A stretch of DNA of 64,000 nt, from NCBI GenBank assembly GCA_963806975.1, contig CAWEAK010000022.1:68529-132528 (forward strand), read 5' to 3'. The translations under genes were made by a program, and so were the position numbers. The notes under the pieces were generated by a model, which saw only the letters and a program-made list of their open reading frames with translations, ran no database searches and was not told the origin of the DNA. Of this stretch, positions 1-9,350 are shown one piece after another. Source of the stretch: an uncultured Spirochaetota bacterium (GTDB lineage: Bacteria > Spirochaetota > Brevinematia > Brevinematales > JAOACQ01). Each line of letters begins with the position of its first letter. Position 1 is the stretch's first letter.

Positions 1-1716
1 CAAATTAATCTGGATACCTACAAGCTTCTTATATATCCCGCCCATTGCAAGAAGCTCATTATGATCTCCGGTTTCAAGAATCCTCCCCTCCTCCATTACG
101 ACAATCCTATCCGCATTGACAATCGTTGATAATTTATGAGTAATAATAATGGTTGTTTGTTTTCCAAGTATATTTTTCATTGCTTTCTGGATAAGATTTT
201 CAGATTCTGCATCAAGCGAGCTTGTTGCTTCATCAAGTATTAAAATTCTTGGCTTTCTCAATACAGCACGAGCCAGGGCAATCCTCTGTTTTTCGCCGCC
301 GGAAAGCCTCACTCCTCTATCACCTAGAAGAGTGTCATAACCCTGAGGCAGTTTGCTTATAAAAGTATGGGCATGCGACAGATGAGCCGCATTTATAACA
401 TCATTATCCGAAGCATCCGGTTTTGAAAGTCTTATGTTTTCGGAAATTGTTCCGGAAAAGAGAATATTATCCTGGGTTACAAGGCCTATCTGTTTACGAA
501 TGGAAACGGGATTATACTCTAAGATATCTTTACCGTCAATCAAAACTTTACCTTTTGACGCATGATAAAAATTTGGTATCAAAGAGATAAGCGAAGATTT
601 TCCTGCGCCGCTATGTCCGACAATAGCCACGGTTTCGCCCTCTCTGATGAAAAGATTTATATTTTTTAATATGGATTCTCCCTTATCATATTCAAAATAA
701 AGGTTTTTAAATTCGACATCACCCAGGATAACTCCAATGTCAGGTTTTGACAAATCTTCTTTATCATGGGAATCTATAATTTCAAATATCCTCTGAGCCG
801 CAGGTGAGAGTTTTCGAAGAACCATAATAATATCGCTTGTTCTGCTTAAGGGTTCCGCAAGTACAAGGGCAAGAAGAATAAAACTAACAATTTCCGCAGA
901 AGTGGCTACATGATTTTGAACACTTATTGCCCCCAGGACAAGAATTATTATTACACCCAACCCCCCAAGAAACTCTGAGGACGGAGTACCGAGAAACCTT
1001 ACTTTTAGCTCTTTCTTGCTTGAATTAAGATGTTTGTCGTTTGAAAGCGAAAATTTTTCTTTTATTGATTTTTCAACACCGTATCCCTTAATAACCTCGA
1101 TACCATAAATCATCTCCTGAATATTTGATGTAATACTGGATATATTCTTCTGGACGCTCATGCTCAAGCGCTGGACAATGGAGCCGATACCGCCAAGGAC
1201 AATCCCCAGGACCGGAGCTATGGAAAAAAAATAAAGCGAAATCTTTATGTTTATAGTAAGCATAATGGAAATAACTATAATTACAGTGAACGGCTGGGCT
1301 AATAGTTCAACGGCAATGTTCATAAAAAAGATTTCAATAACGCTTATATCATTTAAAGTCCTTGAAAGAATTTCGCCGGTTCGGTTTTTTTTATAAAAAA
1401 AAATCGGCAGTTCAACAAGTTTTTCAAAAATATCCTTCCGGATATCATGCATTACACTCGTAGCAAGAGAATTCGAACTGATAAATATGAAATAATGTGA
1501 GGAAGCCCATACTAATACTACGCCAATTAAAAGAAGAATTGTTTTCCAATTGACTTTTTCAAAATTCTTACCGATAAGAGTGTCTGAAAAGAAATTCCCA
1601 CTTACCAGGACACCGCTGACCTTGCTTAAACCTAATGTTAACGCAAATAACACACACAAAAACAATAAAAATTTATACTTGAGGGCGTAAGAAAAAACCC
1701 TCCTGTAAATTCCCAT
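1..1716 (-). CDS. ABC exporter, fused permease/ATP-binding protein (MsbA/ABCB type); C-terminus cut by window edge
   Basis: Absent from the ORF track because it runs off the window. Reverse translation from the ATG at 1716 gives MGIYRRVFSYALKYKF..., a multi-TM exporter domain, Walker A GHSGAGKSS, ABC signature LSGGEKQRIALARA and Walker B ILILDEATS. The + strand ORF 149..340 is its antisense shadow. Confidence 0.85.
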   Translation of the reverse strand, partial: MGIYRRVFSYALKYKFLLFLCVLFALTLGLSKVSGVLVSGNFFSDTLIGKNFEKVNWKTILLLIGVVLVWASSHYFIFISSNSLATSVMHDIRKDIFEKLVELPIFFYKKNRTGEILSRTLNDISVIEIFFMNIAVELLAQPFTVIIVISIMLTINIKISLYFFSIAPVLGIVLGGIGSIVQRLSMSVQKNISSITSNIQEMIYGIEVIKGYGVEKSIKEKFSLSNDKHLNSSKKELKVRFLGTPSSEFLGGLGVIIILVLGAISVQNHVATSAEIVSFILLALVLAEPLSRTSDIIMVLRKLSPAAQRIFEIIDSHDKEDLSKPDIGVILGDVEFKNLYFEYDKGESILKNINLFIREGETVAIVGHSGAGKSSLISLIPNFYHASKGKVLIDGKDILEYNPVSIRKQIGLVTQDNILFSGTISENIRLSKPDASDNDVINAAHLSHAHTFISKLPQGYDTLLGDRGVRLSGGEKQRIALARAVLRKPRILILDEATSSLDAESENLIQKAMKNILGKQTTIIITHKLSTIVNADRIVVMEEGRILETGDHNELLAMGGIYKKLVGIQINL

Positions 1717-1839
1717 TTCATCCTCGAAACGATTGCTGAAAATCCGAATAATTGAGCAGATTTGCATAATGGTATAATGAAATAAACGACTTGTTATTGT
1801 AACGTCCGGCAATAAAAATAGCAAGGGTAAGAAGCCTTA

Positions 1840-2718
1840 TTATTGTTCCAGGGGATGGTATTTTTTATGTGTATCTTTTAAGAGTTCAGATGAAACATGG
1901 GTATAAATCTGTGTGGTGGATATATCTGCATGTCCAAGCATTTCCTGAACCGCCCTTAGATCAGCCCCCTTCGTTATGAGATGCGTCGCGAAGCTATGCC
2001 TTAGGGTGTGAGGAGTAACATCTTTTTCTATGCCTGCGATAAGAGCCCTTTTCTTAATGATTGACCACACTGATATTCTTGACAATTTCTTGCCAAGTCT
2101 TGAAATTAATAAATAATCGGCAGGAATCTTTCTATCTGAAATTTCCCTCCTGTAAGACAGGTAATTCCTGACTCTCTTAAGTGCTGCTTTTCCAACCGGG
2201 ACAAGTCTTTCCTTACTTCCCTTCCCGAATACCCTTATCAGGCTGTTTTCAAACGAAATATCGCCGATTTTAACTCCGCAGAGTTCGGATACCCTCAATC
2301 CGCAGGAATAAAGAAGTTCTATTATACAGGAATCCCTCACTCCGGCAGGCGAGGTATCATCCTGGCATACCATCGCCTCAACTTCTTCTACAGACATATA
2401 GTTTGGAAGTTTTTTAAGGTATTGCGGTGAATCTATCAAATCCACCGGGTTTTCCTCTAATATTTCAAGCTTCAGCAGGAAGGTAAAAAAGCATTTCAGG
2501 CTACTGATTTTTCTTGCAATACTCCGGTTTGAAATCTGGTTTTCATTGAGTCCAATAATAAAGTCTATCAGTGTTTCCCTTGAAATATTTTCAATCTTAA
2601 TTTCTTTACCAAGAAATAAAAAAAATTCTTCTATATCGCTTATATAGGCCAGAACAGAATTCTTCGAAAGGTGTTTTTCAAAAGAAAGATAAATTTCAAA
2701 GTCATCAATATAATTCAT
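1840..2718 (-). CDS. xerD: site-specific tyrosine recombinase, XerC/XerD family
   Basis: 292 aa. The C-terminal catalytic region reads HTLRHSFATHLITKGADLRAVQEMLGHADISTTQIYTHV (R-H-R-Y family), with an N-terminal SAM-like core-binding domain. The XerC versus XerD assignment is uncertain. Confidence 0.75.
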   Translation of the reverse strand: MNYIDDFEIYLSFEKHLSKNSVLAYISDIEEFFLFLGKEIKIENISRETLIDFIIGLNENQISNRSIARKISSLKCFFTFLLKLEILEENPVDLIDSPQYLKKLPNYMSVEEVEAMVCQDDTSPAGVRDSCIIELLYSCGLRVSELCGVKIGDISFENSLIRVFGKGSKERLVPVGKAALKRVRNYLSYRREISDRKIPADYLLISRLGKKLSRISVWSIIKKRALIAGIEKDVTPHTLRHSFATHLITKGADLRAVQEMLGHADISTTQIYTHVSSELLKDTHKKYHPLEQ

Positions 2719-2726
2719 AAAGATTA

Positions 2727-4085
2727 TTAACCGCCTGTTCCGAACATAAAGGACAAACCGAAAGTGTAATTCTCAAAATTTATATTACCGTTCTTAATTC
2801 TGCTTGTATATAAATAGCTTGTAGTTAATCCAATTTCCAGAAAAGAAGTCACACGGAATGCTATCAAAATTGTCGGTTCAACAGTAAAAAATGAACCTGA
2901 GCTTTGAATAACATCAGTCGTATTAGTCATATTTCCATTGCTTACTGCATTATTGTTTACTATTCCATATCCTCCGGCTCCAATCAGGCAGTTTAAATCT
3001 ATCCTGAAAAAATCAACCCGGTAATAGAAGTCTATAATCGGCCCTCCATATCCCATTGAGAGAGTATACTTATCATTCGATTTGTTAAGAAGTATACCTC
3101 CATACCCGCCACCGCCAAGGCCGAAAAAGCGGTTTATCATCCAGATTCCTCTTCCCCCTATGCACAACAAATTTCCTCTTAGGTCAAGATCAGCGGCGTA
3201 GAAATCATTCAAACCGTATTTTATCAGAGGACCACCCATCCCCCCCATATAGTTTTCTTCTTTTATAGGTATTTGATTTGAGTTGCTGATGATAGCTTCA
3301 TTTTGCTTCAAATTTGATATCTCGGACTTTTTGTTTTTGCTTTCCTTAAATTTATCCCTATTATCCTTTACTTCATCGACATAATTATCCAGGTATTGAT
3401 CATCGTTTGTTGTTTCCTTACTTTTAATATTATCTGTATCATTAAAAACATGTATTTTGTCCAGAAAATAATTAACCGTAGAATTCACAAATGATGTGAT
3501 GTCGCTTGATAATCTTCTGCCTTCATAAGCTATTCCCTTATTTTCTGTTCCTTCTTCGATTTGGCCGTTATTTTTTCCGGCATTCCTGTTATCTTTATTT
3601 TCTCCTGTCATTTCCAATACAATAGTATGTGAAGCTTCGGAGAGCCCGGATTGTGTTTCTGCCTTGGCCGTATCCCCATATTCCATAACTCCGGTCTCTA
3701 CGTCAATAACTCTCGAGTTTATATAGTATGTCCCTTCTATTCTCGTTATTGTTCCAAGCATAATCTTTTGCGCTGAGAGAAGCTGCCCGACTTTTGTTGC
3801 ATAATCACTGCCGGTGAGGCCGGATAATTCAAGCTTTTGCTCCTCCAGAATCTTAGCCATATCCTTTCTTTCAACTATCTTGAATTTCTGGCTTTTAAAA
3901 AGCTCAATCCTAACCCTCTCCGTAACAAAGTCTGCGGTATCAGCTGTAACACCGCTCCTGGGCTCAAAGTCAAGCACAGCGATAATCGGGATGCTTTTTA
4001 TAAGATTTGTCTGGGAATATGCAGCATACTTAATTAAAATTAAAACAAGGGAAAATATACATATTATATATTTTTTAAATATCAC
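2727..4085 (-). CDS. secreted hypothetical protein: N-terminal CsgG/LpoB-like domain, K/N/D-rich linker, Gly-rich beta-barrel-like C-terminus
   Basis: Signal peptide MIFKKYIICIFSLVLILIKYAAYS. The segment IAVLDFEPRSG...ERKDMAKILEEQKLELSGL...GTITRIEGTYYINSRVIDVETG resembles the CsgG/LpoB fold family. The C-terminus is rich in G and aromatic residues. No family name can be assigned without a search. Confidence 0.4.
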   Translation of the reverse strand: MIFKKYIICIFSLVLILIKYAAYSQTNLIKSIPIIAVLDFEPRSGVTADTADFVTERVRIELFKSQKFKIVERKDMAKILEEQKLELSGLTGSDYATKVGQLLSAQKIMLGTITRIEGTYYINSRVIDVETGVMEYGDTAKAETQSGLSEASHTIVLEMTGENKDNRNAGKNNGQIEEGTENKGIAYEGRRLSSDITSFVNSTVNYFLDKIHVFNDTDNIKSKETTNDDQYLDNYVDEVKDNRDKFKESKNKKSEISNLKQNEAIISNSNQIPIKEENYMGGMGGPLIKYGLNDFYAADLDLRGNLLCIGGRGIWMINRFFGLGGGGYGGILLNKSNDKYTLSMGYGGPIIDFYYRVDFFRIDLNCLIGAGGYGIVNNNAVSNGNMTNTTDVIQSSGSFFTVEPTILIAFRVTSFLEIGLTTSYLYTSRIKNGNINFENYTFGLSFMFGTGG

Positions 4086-4292
4086 TATTTCCTCCGGCTG
4101 ATTATTATAAAAGCCTTGAGATAATAACGCAAAAGCTATGCCATCACCAAAATAAACAACGGAGTACCTGGGACAAGAATTAATCTACTCAGGCTGATTC
4201 CCATGAAATGAAGGCAATGCTATTCTTATCCATATCGATATATCAAAAATGATAGAGCAAGTTATCATTTTATTAAGCAAGCCATAAGCCTG

Positions 4293-6293
4293 TTAAACAA
4301 ATTTATCGGTTTGCTGCTCCTGCACTGAGGTTTTTTGCTTCAGTTCATTAATCTCATCTCTTACCTGAGCCGCCTTTTCAAACTCAAGGTTCTCAGCATA
4401 ACTGAACATGAGTTTCTCAAGCTCTTTTATTAATACTTCTTTTTCAATATATTTTCTCTTGAATTCCGCTATTTTATTACCTTCCTCCGTTTCGACCTGA
4501 ATCTGTCTTTCTAGAATATCCCTGATCTCTTTCTGGATGGTTTTAGGTGTTATATTATGTTTTTTATTATATTCCAGCTGGACCTGTCTCCTCCGGCTGG
4601 TTTCATCGATTGCTTCTCTCATCGAGTCGCTCATATTATCGGCATACATTATAACCTTTCCATTCAAATTTCTAGCGCTTCTGCCAATAATTTGAATAAG
4701 CGAGCGGGCTGAACGGAGGAAGCCCATCTTATCGGCATCCAATATTATGACTAAAGATACTTCCGGCAAATCTATTCCTTCCCTGAGAAGATTAATTCCT
4801 ACCAGGACATCATAAATCCCAAGCCTGAGTTTTTTTAAAATCTCCACTCTTTCAATTGTTTCAACTTCAGAATGAAGATATGCTACCTTTAAGTCGTTTT
4901 CCGACAGGTAGTCGCTTAAATCTTCGGCCATCTTTTTGGTTAAAGTTGTTATAAGAACCCTCTGTTTATTCTTTATTCTTTCCCTGACTTCAAGAATAAT
5001 ATCATCAATCTGCCCTTCTGTCTTCCTAACCTCAATTTCCGGATCCACAAGACCTGTCGGACGAATTAATTGCTCAACAACTGCATTGCTGTGATGCAGT
5101 TCATAATCAGCCGGAGTAGCAGACACAAACATAACCTTATTAAGAAGTGTTTCAAATTCATCAAAATGAAGAGGTCTGTTGTCCAGCGCAGAAGGAAGCC
5201 TGAAACCAAAATCAACCAGGGTTTGTTTTCTTGACCTATCGCCGTTATACATTCCTCCGACCTGGGGAATTGTCTGGTGGGACTCATCGAGGATAGCTAA
5301 AAAATCATGGGGAAAATAATCGAGAAGCACAAATGGGCGTTCACCCGGCTTTCTGAATGATAGATGCCTCGAATAATTCTCTATACCGTTGCAGTAGCCC
5401 ATTTCAGTCATCATTTCAATATCGTAGCGGGTTCTTGACTCCAGGCGGTAAGCCTCCACATCTTTCCCCTGGCTCTTGAGTTCCTTAAGCCTGTTTTCAA
5501 GCTCATCTTCAATCGAACCGATTGCCGTTTTCATTTTTTGCTCGGTTGTTAAAAAAAGTTTGGCGGGATAAATCACCACCCTATCAAGCTCTCCTATTAT
5601 TTTTCCGTTCAAGAAATGAAGACGTCTTATGGATTCAATTTCATCACCAAAAAATTCAATGCGGATAACCTCCCTGGAATAAGCCGTATGTACATCGATG
5701 ATATCTCCTTTTACACGGAAGGCCGCCCTGTTTAAGTCGAAGTCGCTTCTTTCATATTGAATTTTTATTAGATGTCGGATGATTTCATCTCTTGTGGATT
5801 GCTGTCCTTTTTTCAGAAGCAGCATCAACTCCCTGAAATCCGTCGGAGCGCCCAATCCATAAATGCATGATACCGAGGCAACAACTATAACATCGTTCCT
5901 ATCCATCAGGGAAGCGACTGCTGACACACGCATTCTATCTATTTCATCGTTTATCTTAGCGTCTTTTTCGATATATAAATCTCTCTGCGGTACATAAGCC
6001 TCAGGCTGGTAATAATCATAATAAGAAACAAAGTATTCTACGGCATTATCAGGAAAGTATTCCCTGAATTCCCTGAATAGCTGCGCAGCCAGAGTTTTGT
6101 TGTGAGACATTACAAGTGTCGGCAGCTGTAAATTTTCAATCACATGTGCCATTGTAAAAGTCTTACCGCTCCCTGTAACACCGAGAAGAGTCTGGAAATT
6201 TATTCCATTTAGAAAATTATTTGTAATACTTTCAATCGCCGCCGGTTGATCGCCTGACGGTTTATAATCTGATTGTACATTAAACCTTGTCAT
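4293..6293 (-). CDS. uvrB: excinuclease ABC subunit B
   Basis: Walker A GVTGSGKT, helicase motifs and a C-terminal UVR motif LEFEKAAQVRDEI. The start is placed at ATG 6293 (MTRFNVQSDY), which is preceded by AGAGGTG, rather than the GTG at 6305. Confidence 0.95.
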   Translation of the reverse strand: MTRFNVQSDYKPSGDQPAAIESITNNFLNGINFQTLLGVTGSGKTFTMAHVIENLQLPTLVMSHNKTLAAQLFREFREYFPDNAVEYFVSYYDYYQPEAYVPQRDLYIEKDAKINDEIDRMRVSAVASLMDRNDVIVVASVSCIYGLGAPTDFRELMLLLKKGQQSTRDEIIRHLIKIQYERSDFDLNRAAFRVKGDIIDVHTAYSREVIRIEFFGDEIESIRRLHFLNGKIIGELDRVVIYPAKLFLTTEQKMKTAIGSIEDELENRLKELKSQGKDVEAYRLESRTRYDIEMMTEMGYCNGIENYSRHLSFRKPGERPFVLLDYFPHDFLAILDESHQTIPQVGGMYNGDRSRKQTLVDFGFRLPSALDNRPLHFDEFETLLNKVMFVSATPADYELHHSNAVVEQLIRPTGLVDPEIEVRKTEGQIDDIILEVRERIKNKQRVLITTLTKKMAEDLSDYLSENDLKVAYLHSEVETIERVEILKKLRLGIYDVLVGINLLREGIDLPEVSLVIILDADKMGFLRSARSLIQIIGRSARNLNGKVIMYADNMSDSMREAIDETSRRRQVQLEYNKKHNITPKTIQKEIRDILERQIQVETEEGNKIAEFKRKYIEKEVLIKELEKLMFSYAENLEFEKAAQVRDEINELKQKTSVQEQQTDKFV

Positions 6294-6369
6294 AACTATT
6301 TGCACCTCTGTAATTGAATGAAGGCATGAGATGTGTGTTTTTTACTGATATTTTGAAAATAATTATTGT

Positions 6370-7476
6370 TTATTTTTTTTGAGTCATGGCATAGTAAAGA
6401 GAATAGCAGACAACTTTTGCCGGCGAAGTTAAGGGAATAAAAACAGCTCTTCCAAAGTAATCTTCGGCAATTTTTAAATTGGGCTTATCTATGATTCCCA
6501 GATACTTTGAGTTAATAAAACTTCCTTTTACCTTATCAAAAACATAAAATATACCATTATCGTCAAACCCAGCCGCTATAGAAAGATTTTCTGATAAAAC
6601 CATTGGAGAATAAGAAATTGGAGAAAATGTACTGGCAAACCATTCTTCAGCCAAGCCAGTAGTTCCATCAGATTTACCAAAACCCTGCTTCTGTACAGTG
6701 CCTGAAGCTATGTAAAAAGTTGAATCAAGTGAATCAAAGAGTATAGGAGAATATTGAATCTTCCAATTAACAAGAGAGGTATTTGAACTCCAGGTTATAG
6801 TATTTAAGATTTTTACACCTTCTGAAGTTGAGAGAAAAAGCGATCCATTAAAAAAAGCAGCGGATTTATTAAAACTCCCTGTTGGAAAAGAATACATTCT
6901 TGAATATGAAAATGAAGCGTTTACTTCGATGATATTGCAGTTATTATCAATAATATAATAAACATTCTTCCCTTTTACAATAGAAGCAGCATTATTAATA
7001 TATGCAGAATAATCAAATATACTTATAGAATTATCATTTGTTTTTACTATTGCTATTTTGTTTGATGCATAGAGAATAAGGCCGCTTTCATCAGCCATAT
7101 ACCCCTCTGATATGCCGATATTCAAATTAGTTTGATAAAGTACTGTGCCATCATTATAAGAAAAAATCCTTAAGATAGATGATGCTGGTTTTGAAGTAAC
7201 AACATATAGACCGCTGCTTCCCGGATAAAGAGTTGTGATATTTTCATAATTTAAATTTCTTTCCCATCTGATTTTCCCTGTATCCATCCATATAGAATAA
7301 AGATTTGCAAGGCTATCTCCCACATAAAGATTATTGTTATTAACCTCAATTCCCTCAATGGGAGGAGCTGAAAGATAAGTCTCCCATACTACACCCTGGG
7401 TTGCATCCATAGAAGTTTGAAAAGAGCATGAACAAAAAACAGAAATAATTAAAATGGCGAAAACTATCTTATTCAC
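6370..7476 (-). CDS. lipoprotein with PQQ-like/BamB-like beta-propeller repeats
   Basis: Signal peptide with Cys (ILIISVFCSC). Repeated segments of the type G-x-hydrophobic-Y...D..TGK.RW are typical of PQQ-like propellers. Confidence 0.4.
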   Translation of the reverse strand: MNKIVFAILIISVFCSCSFQTSMDATQGVVWETYLSAPPIEGIEVNNNNLYVGDSLANLYSIWMDTGKIRWERNLNYENITTLYPGSSGLYVVTSKPASSILRIFSYNDGTVLYQTNLNIGISEGYMADESGLILYASNKIAIVKTNDNSISIFDYSAYINNAASIVKGKNVYYIIDNNCNIIEVNASFSYSRMYSFPTGSFNKSAAFFNGSLFLSTSEGVKILNTITWSSNTSLVNWKIQYSPILFDSLDSTFYIASGTVQKQGFGKSDGTTGLAEEWFASTFSPISYSPMVLSENLSIAAGFDDNGIFYVFDKVKGSFINSKYLGIIDKPNLKIAEDYFGRAVFIPLTSPAKVVCYSLYYAMTQKK

Positions 7477-7624
7477 TGTAATTGACCTATTTCAATTTGA
7501 TATTTAAATTCTCTACATTTATAATATACATTATTCTATTATTAAATCAAGAAAATGAAAGGTTTTATTTAATTTATAAATCTTTAAATATTATGAATAA
7601 AGGATATAGTTTCGGGAGTTGATT

Positions 7625-9235
7625 ATGAGAGAGTTTTTGTCTGGTAACGAGGCGATTGCACGAGGCGCTTTCGAAGCAAATGTCTGGGTAGCTACCGGAT
7701 ATCCTGGCACCCCAAGCTCTGAGATTATAGAAACTATTAGTGAAAAATATTCTGAAATAAACTCAGAATGGAGTGTAAATGAAAAAGTGGCGCTGGAAGT
7801 CGCTCTCGGCTCCTCATTAGGCGGAGCCAGGTCTATTGTTACAATGAAGCATGTCGGGTTAAATGTTGCGGCTGATCCATTCATGACATCTGCTTATACA
7901 GGGATAAATGCAGGTCTCTTAATAGTATCCGCCGATGATCCAGGAATGCATTCTTCACAGAATGAGCAGGATTCCAGAAATTATGCCAAATTCGCAAAAA
8001 TCCCTTTACTGGAGCCGGGAGACAGTAATGAGGCAAAAGAATTCGTTAAAATCGGTATGGGTCTTTCAGAAAAATTTGATACACCTGTACTTTTAAGACC
8101 AGTTACAAGGGTTTCACATACTAAATCTGTTGTTCACTGTGACAAGGCTGTTAGAAAAAGGCCAGCCTTTAATTATCATAAAAATCCATCGAAGTTTGTT
8201 ATGGTACCAGCAAACGCTATTCCAAGACACAGAGTGCTTCTCGATAGATATGAAAGGATTAGTGAATTTTCAAATCAGTTTGAATACAATACCGTTGAGT
8301 ATCATAGTCTTGATATTGGAATTATAACCCATGGTCTTATTTACAATTATGTCCGGGAGGCTTTGCCTGAAGCCAGTATTTTAAAGATATCACTTTACCC
8401 CATCCCAATGGCAAAGATCAGGGAATTCGCTGCCCGGGTGAAAAAACTTTATATAGTTGAAGAACTTGATCCTATCATTGAAGAGGAAATCCTGGCTGGT
8501 GGAATTTCAGCAATCGGTAAAAAAATTATACCTATGTATGGGGAGCTATTTGCCGGTACAATAAAAAAGGCTTTCTATCCCGAAGAAGGAGAAAAGAATA
8601 ATAAAACAGAAGTAAATGATAATAAAGTTGAACAGATATTAGAACTTCCGCCAAGGCCCCCGGTTTTGTGTAAAGGCTGCGGGCATATCCCTGTTTTTGA
8701 AACATTGCGGGATTTAAAATATACTGTCTTTGGAGATATCGGCTGTTATACCCTGGGAGTTCTGCCGCCTTACGGAGCAATGGATACAACGATATGTATG
8801 GGCGCCAGTATTGGAAATGAAATAGGTTTTAACAAAGTTGGGCAGCTTAATAAAATCAAACCCGATTCGGTCGCTGTTATCGGTGATTCTACGTTTACGC
8901 ATTCAGGTATAACAAATCTTTTAAATGCAGTCTATAATAAGACCCCTGTTACTGTCTTAATTTTAGACAACCATATTACCGCAATGACAGGACACCAGCC
9001 CGATGTAAGCTCAGGACTGGATAATAAATTTGAAAAGGCCGGAGAAATTGATCTTGAAAGCCTTGTAAAGGGACTTGGAGTAAAAAGAGTAAAAAGAGTC
9101 AATGCTTATAAAAAAAATATTCTCAGGGAAACTATTTTAGAAGAGGTAAAAGCTATGGAGCCTTCGGTTATCATTGTGGATGAATTCTGTGTGATCAGCG
9201 AAAGCAGGATAAAAAGAATTATTAATAAATCATAG
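7625..9235 (+). CDS. iorA: indolepyruvate:ferredoxin oxidoreductase, alpha subunit
   Basis: The N-terminus MREFLSGNEAIARGAFEANVWVATGYPGTPSSEI and a TPP-binding region GDSTFTHSGITNLLNAVYN are characteristic. GGGAG lies 5 nt upstream of ATG 7625. I see no C-terminal 2x[4Fe-4S] motif. Confidence 0.85.
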   Translation: MREFLSGNEAIARGAFEANVWVATGYPGTPSSEIIETISEKYSEINSEWSVNEKVALEVALGSSLGGARSIVTMKHVGLNVAADPFMTSAYTGINAGLLIVSADDPGMHSSQNEQDSRNYAKFAKIPLLEPGDSNEAKEFVKIGMGLSEKFDTPVLLRPVTRVSHTKSVVHCDKAVRKRPAFNYHKNPSKFVMVPANAIPRHRVLLDRYERISEFSNQFEYNTVEYHSLDIGIITHGLIYNYVREALPEASILKISLYPIPMAKIREFAARVKKLYIVEELDPIIEEEILAGGISAIGKKIIPMYGELFAGTIKKAFYPEEGEKNNKTEVNDNKVEQILELPPRPPVLCKGCGHIPVFETLRDLKYTVFGDIGCYTLGVLPPYGAMDTTICMGASIGNEIGFNKVGQLNKIKPDSVAVIGDSTFTHSGITNLLNAVYNKTPVTVLILDNHITAMTGHQPDVSSGLDNKFEKAGEIDLESLVKGLGVKRVKRVNAYKKNILRETILEEVKAMEPSVIIVDEFCVISESRIKRIINKS

Positions 9236-9350
9236 TAAAATTTTGAGGCTTTTATGAACTTCGGGATATTATCATATATCATCGGCGGAAGTTTCGGCTT
9301 TTTTTTAACCATTCAATATCTGATCTTTTTCCTTTTAATGCTCAATAAAA

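Noticed and set aside
149-340. Many 60-135-aa ORFs in the track lie antisense to long conserved genes. Examples: 149-340, 3814-4101, 5066-5287, 7591-7884, 23712-24086, 38228-38635, 49271-49621, 55337-55657, 58032-58301.
   Set aside because: Each sits inside a longer ORF on the opposite strand, or in another frame of it, that has clear conserved motifs. Their sequences are low-complexity shadows (for example, ARARAILCFSPPESL is the antisense of the ABC signature). None has an RBS.
1840-2718. Tyrosine recombinase as a marker of an integrated mobile element or prophage.
   Set aside because: The sequence is of the Xer type and is flanked by housekeeping genes (uvrB, an ABC exporter). There are no att-like direct repeats, phage genes or tRNA target nearby.
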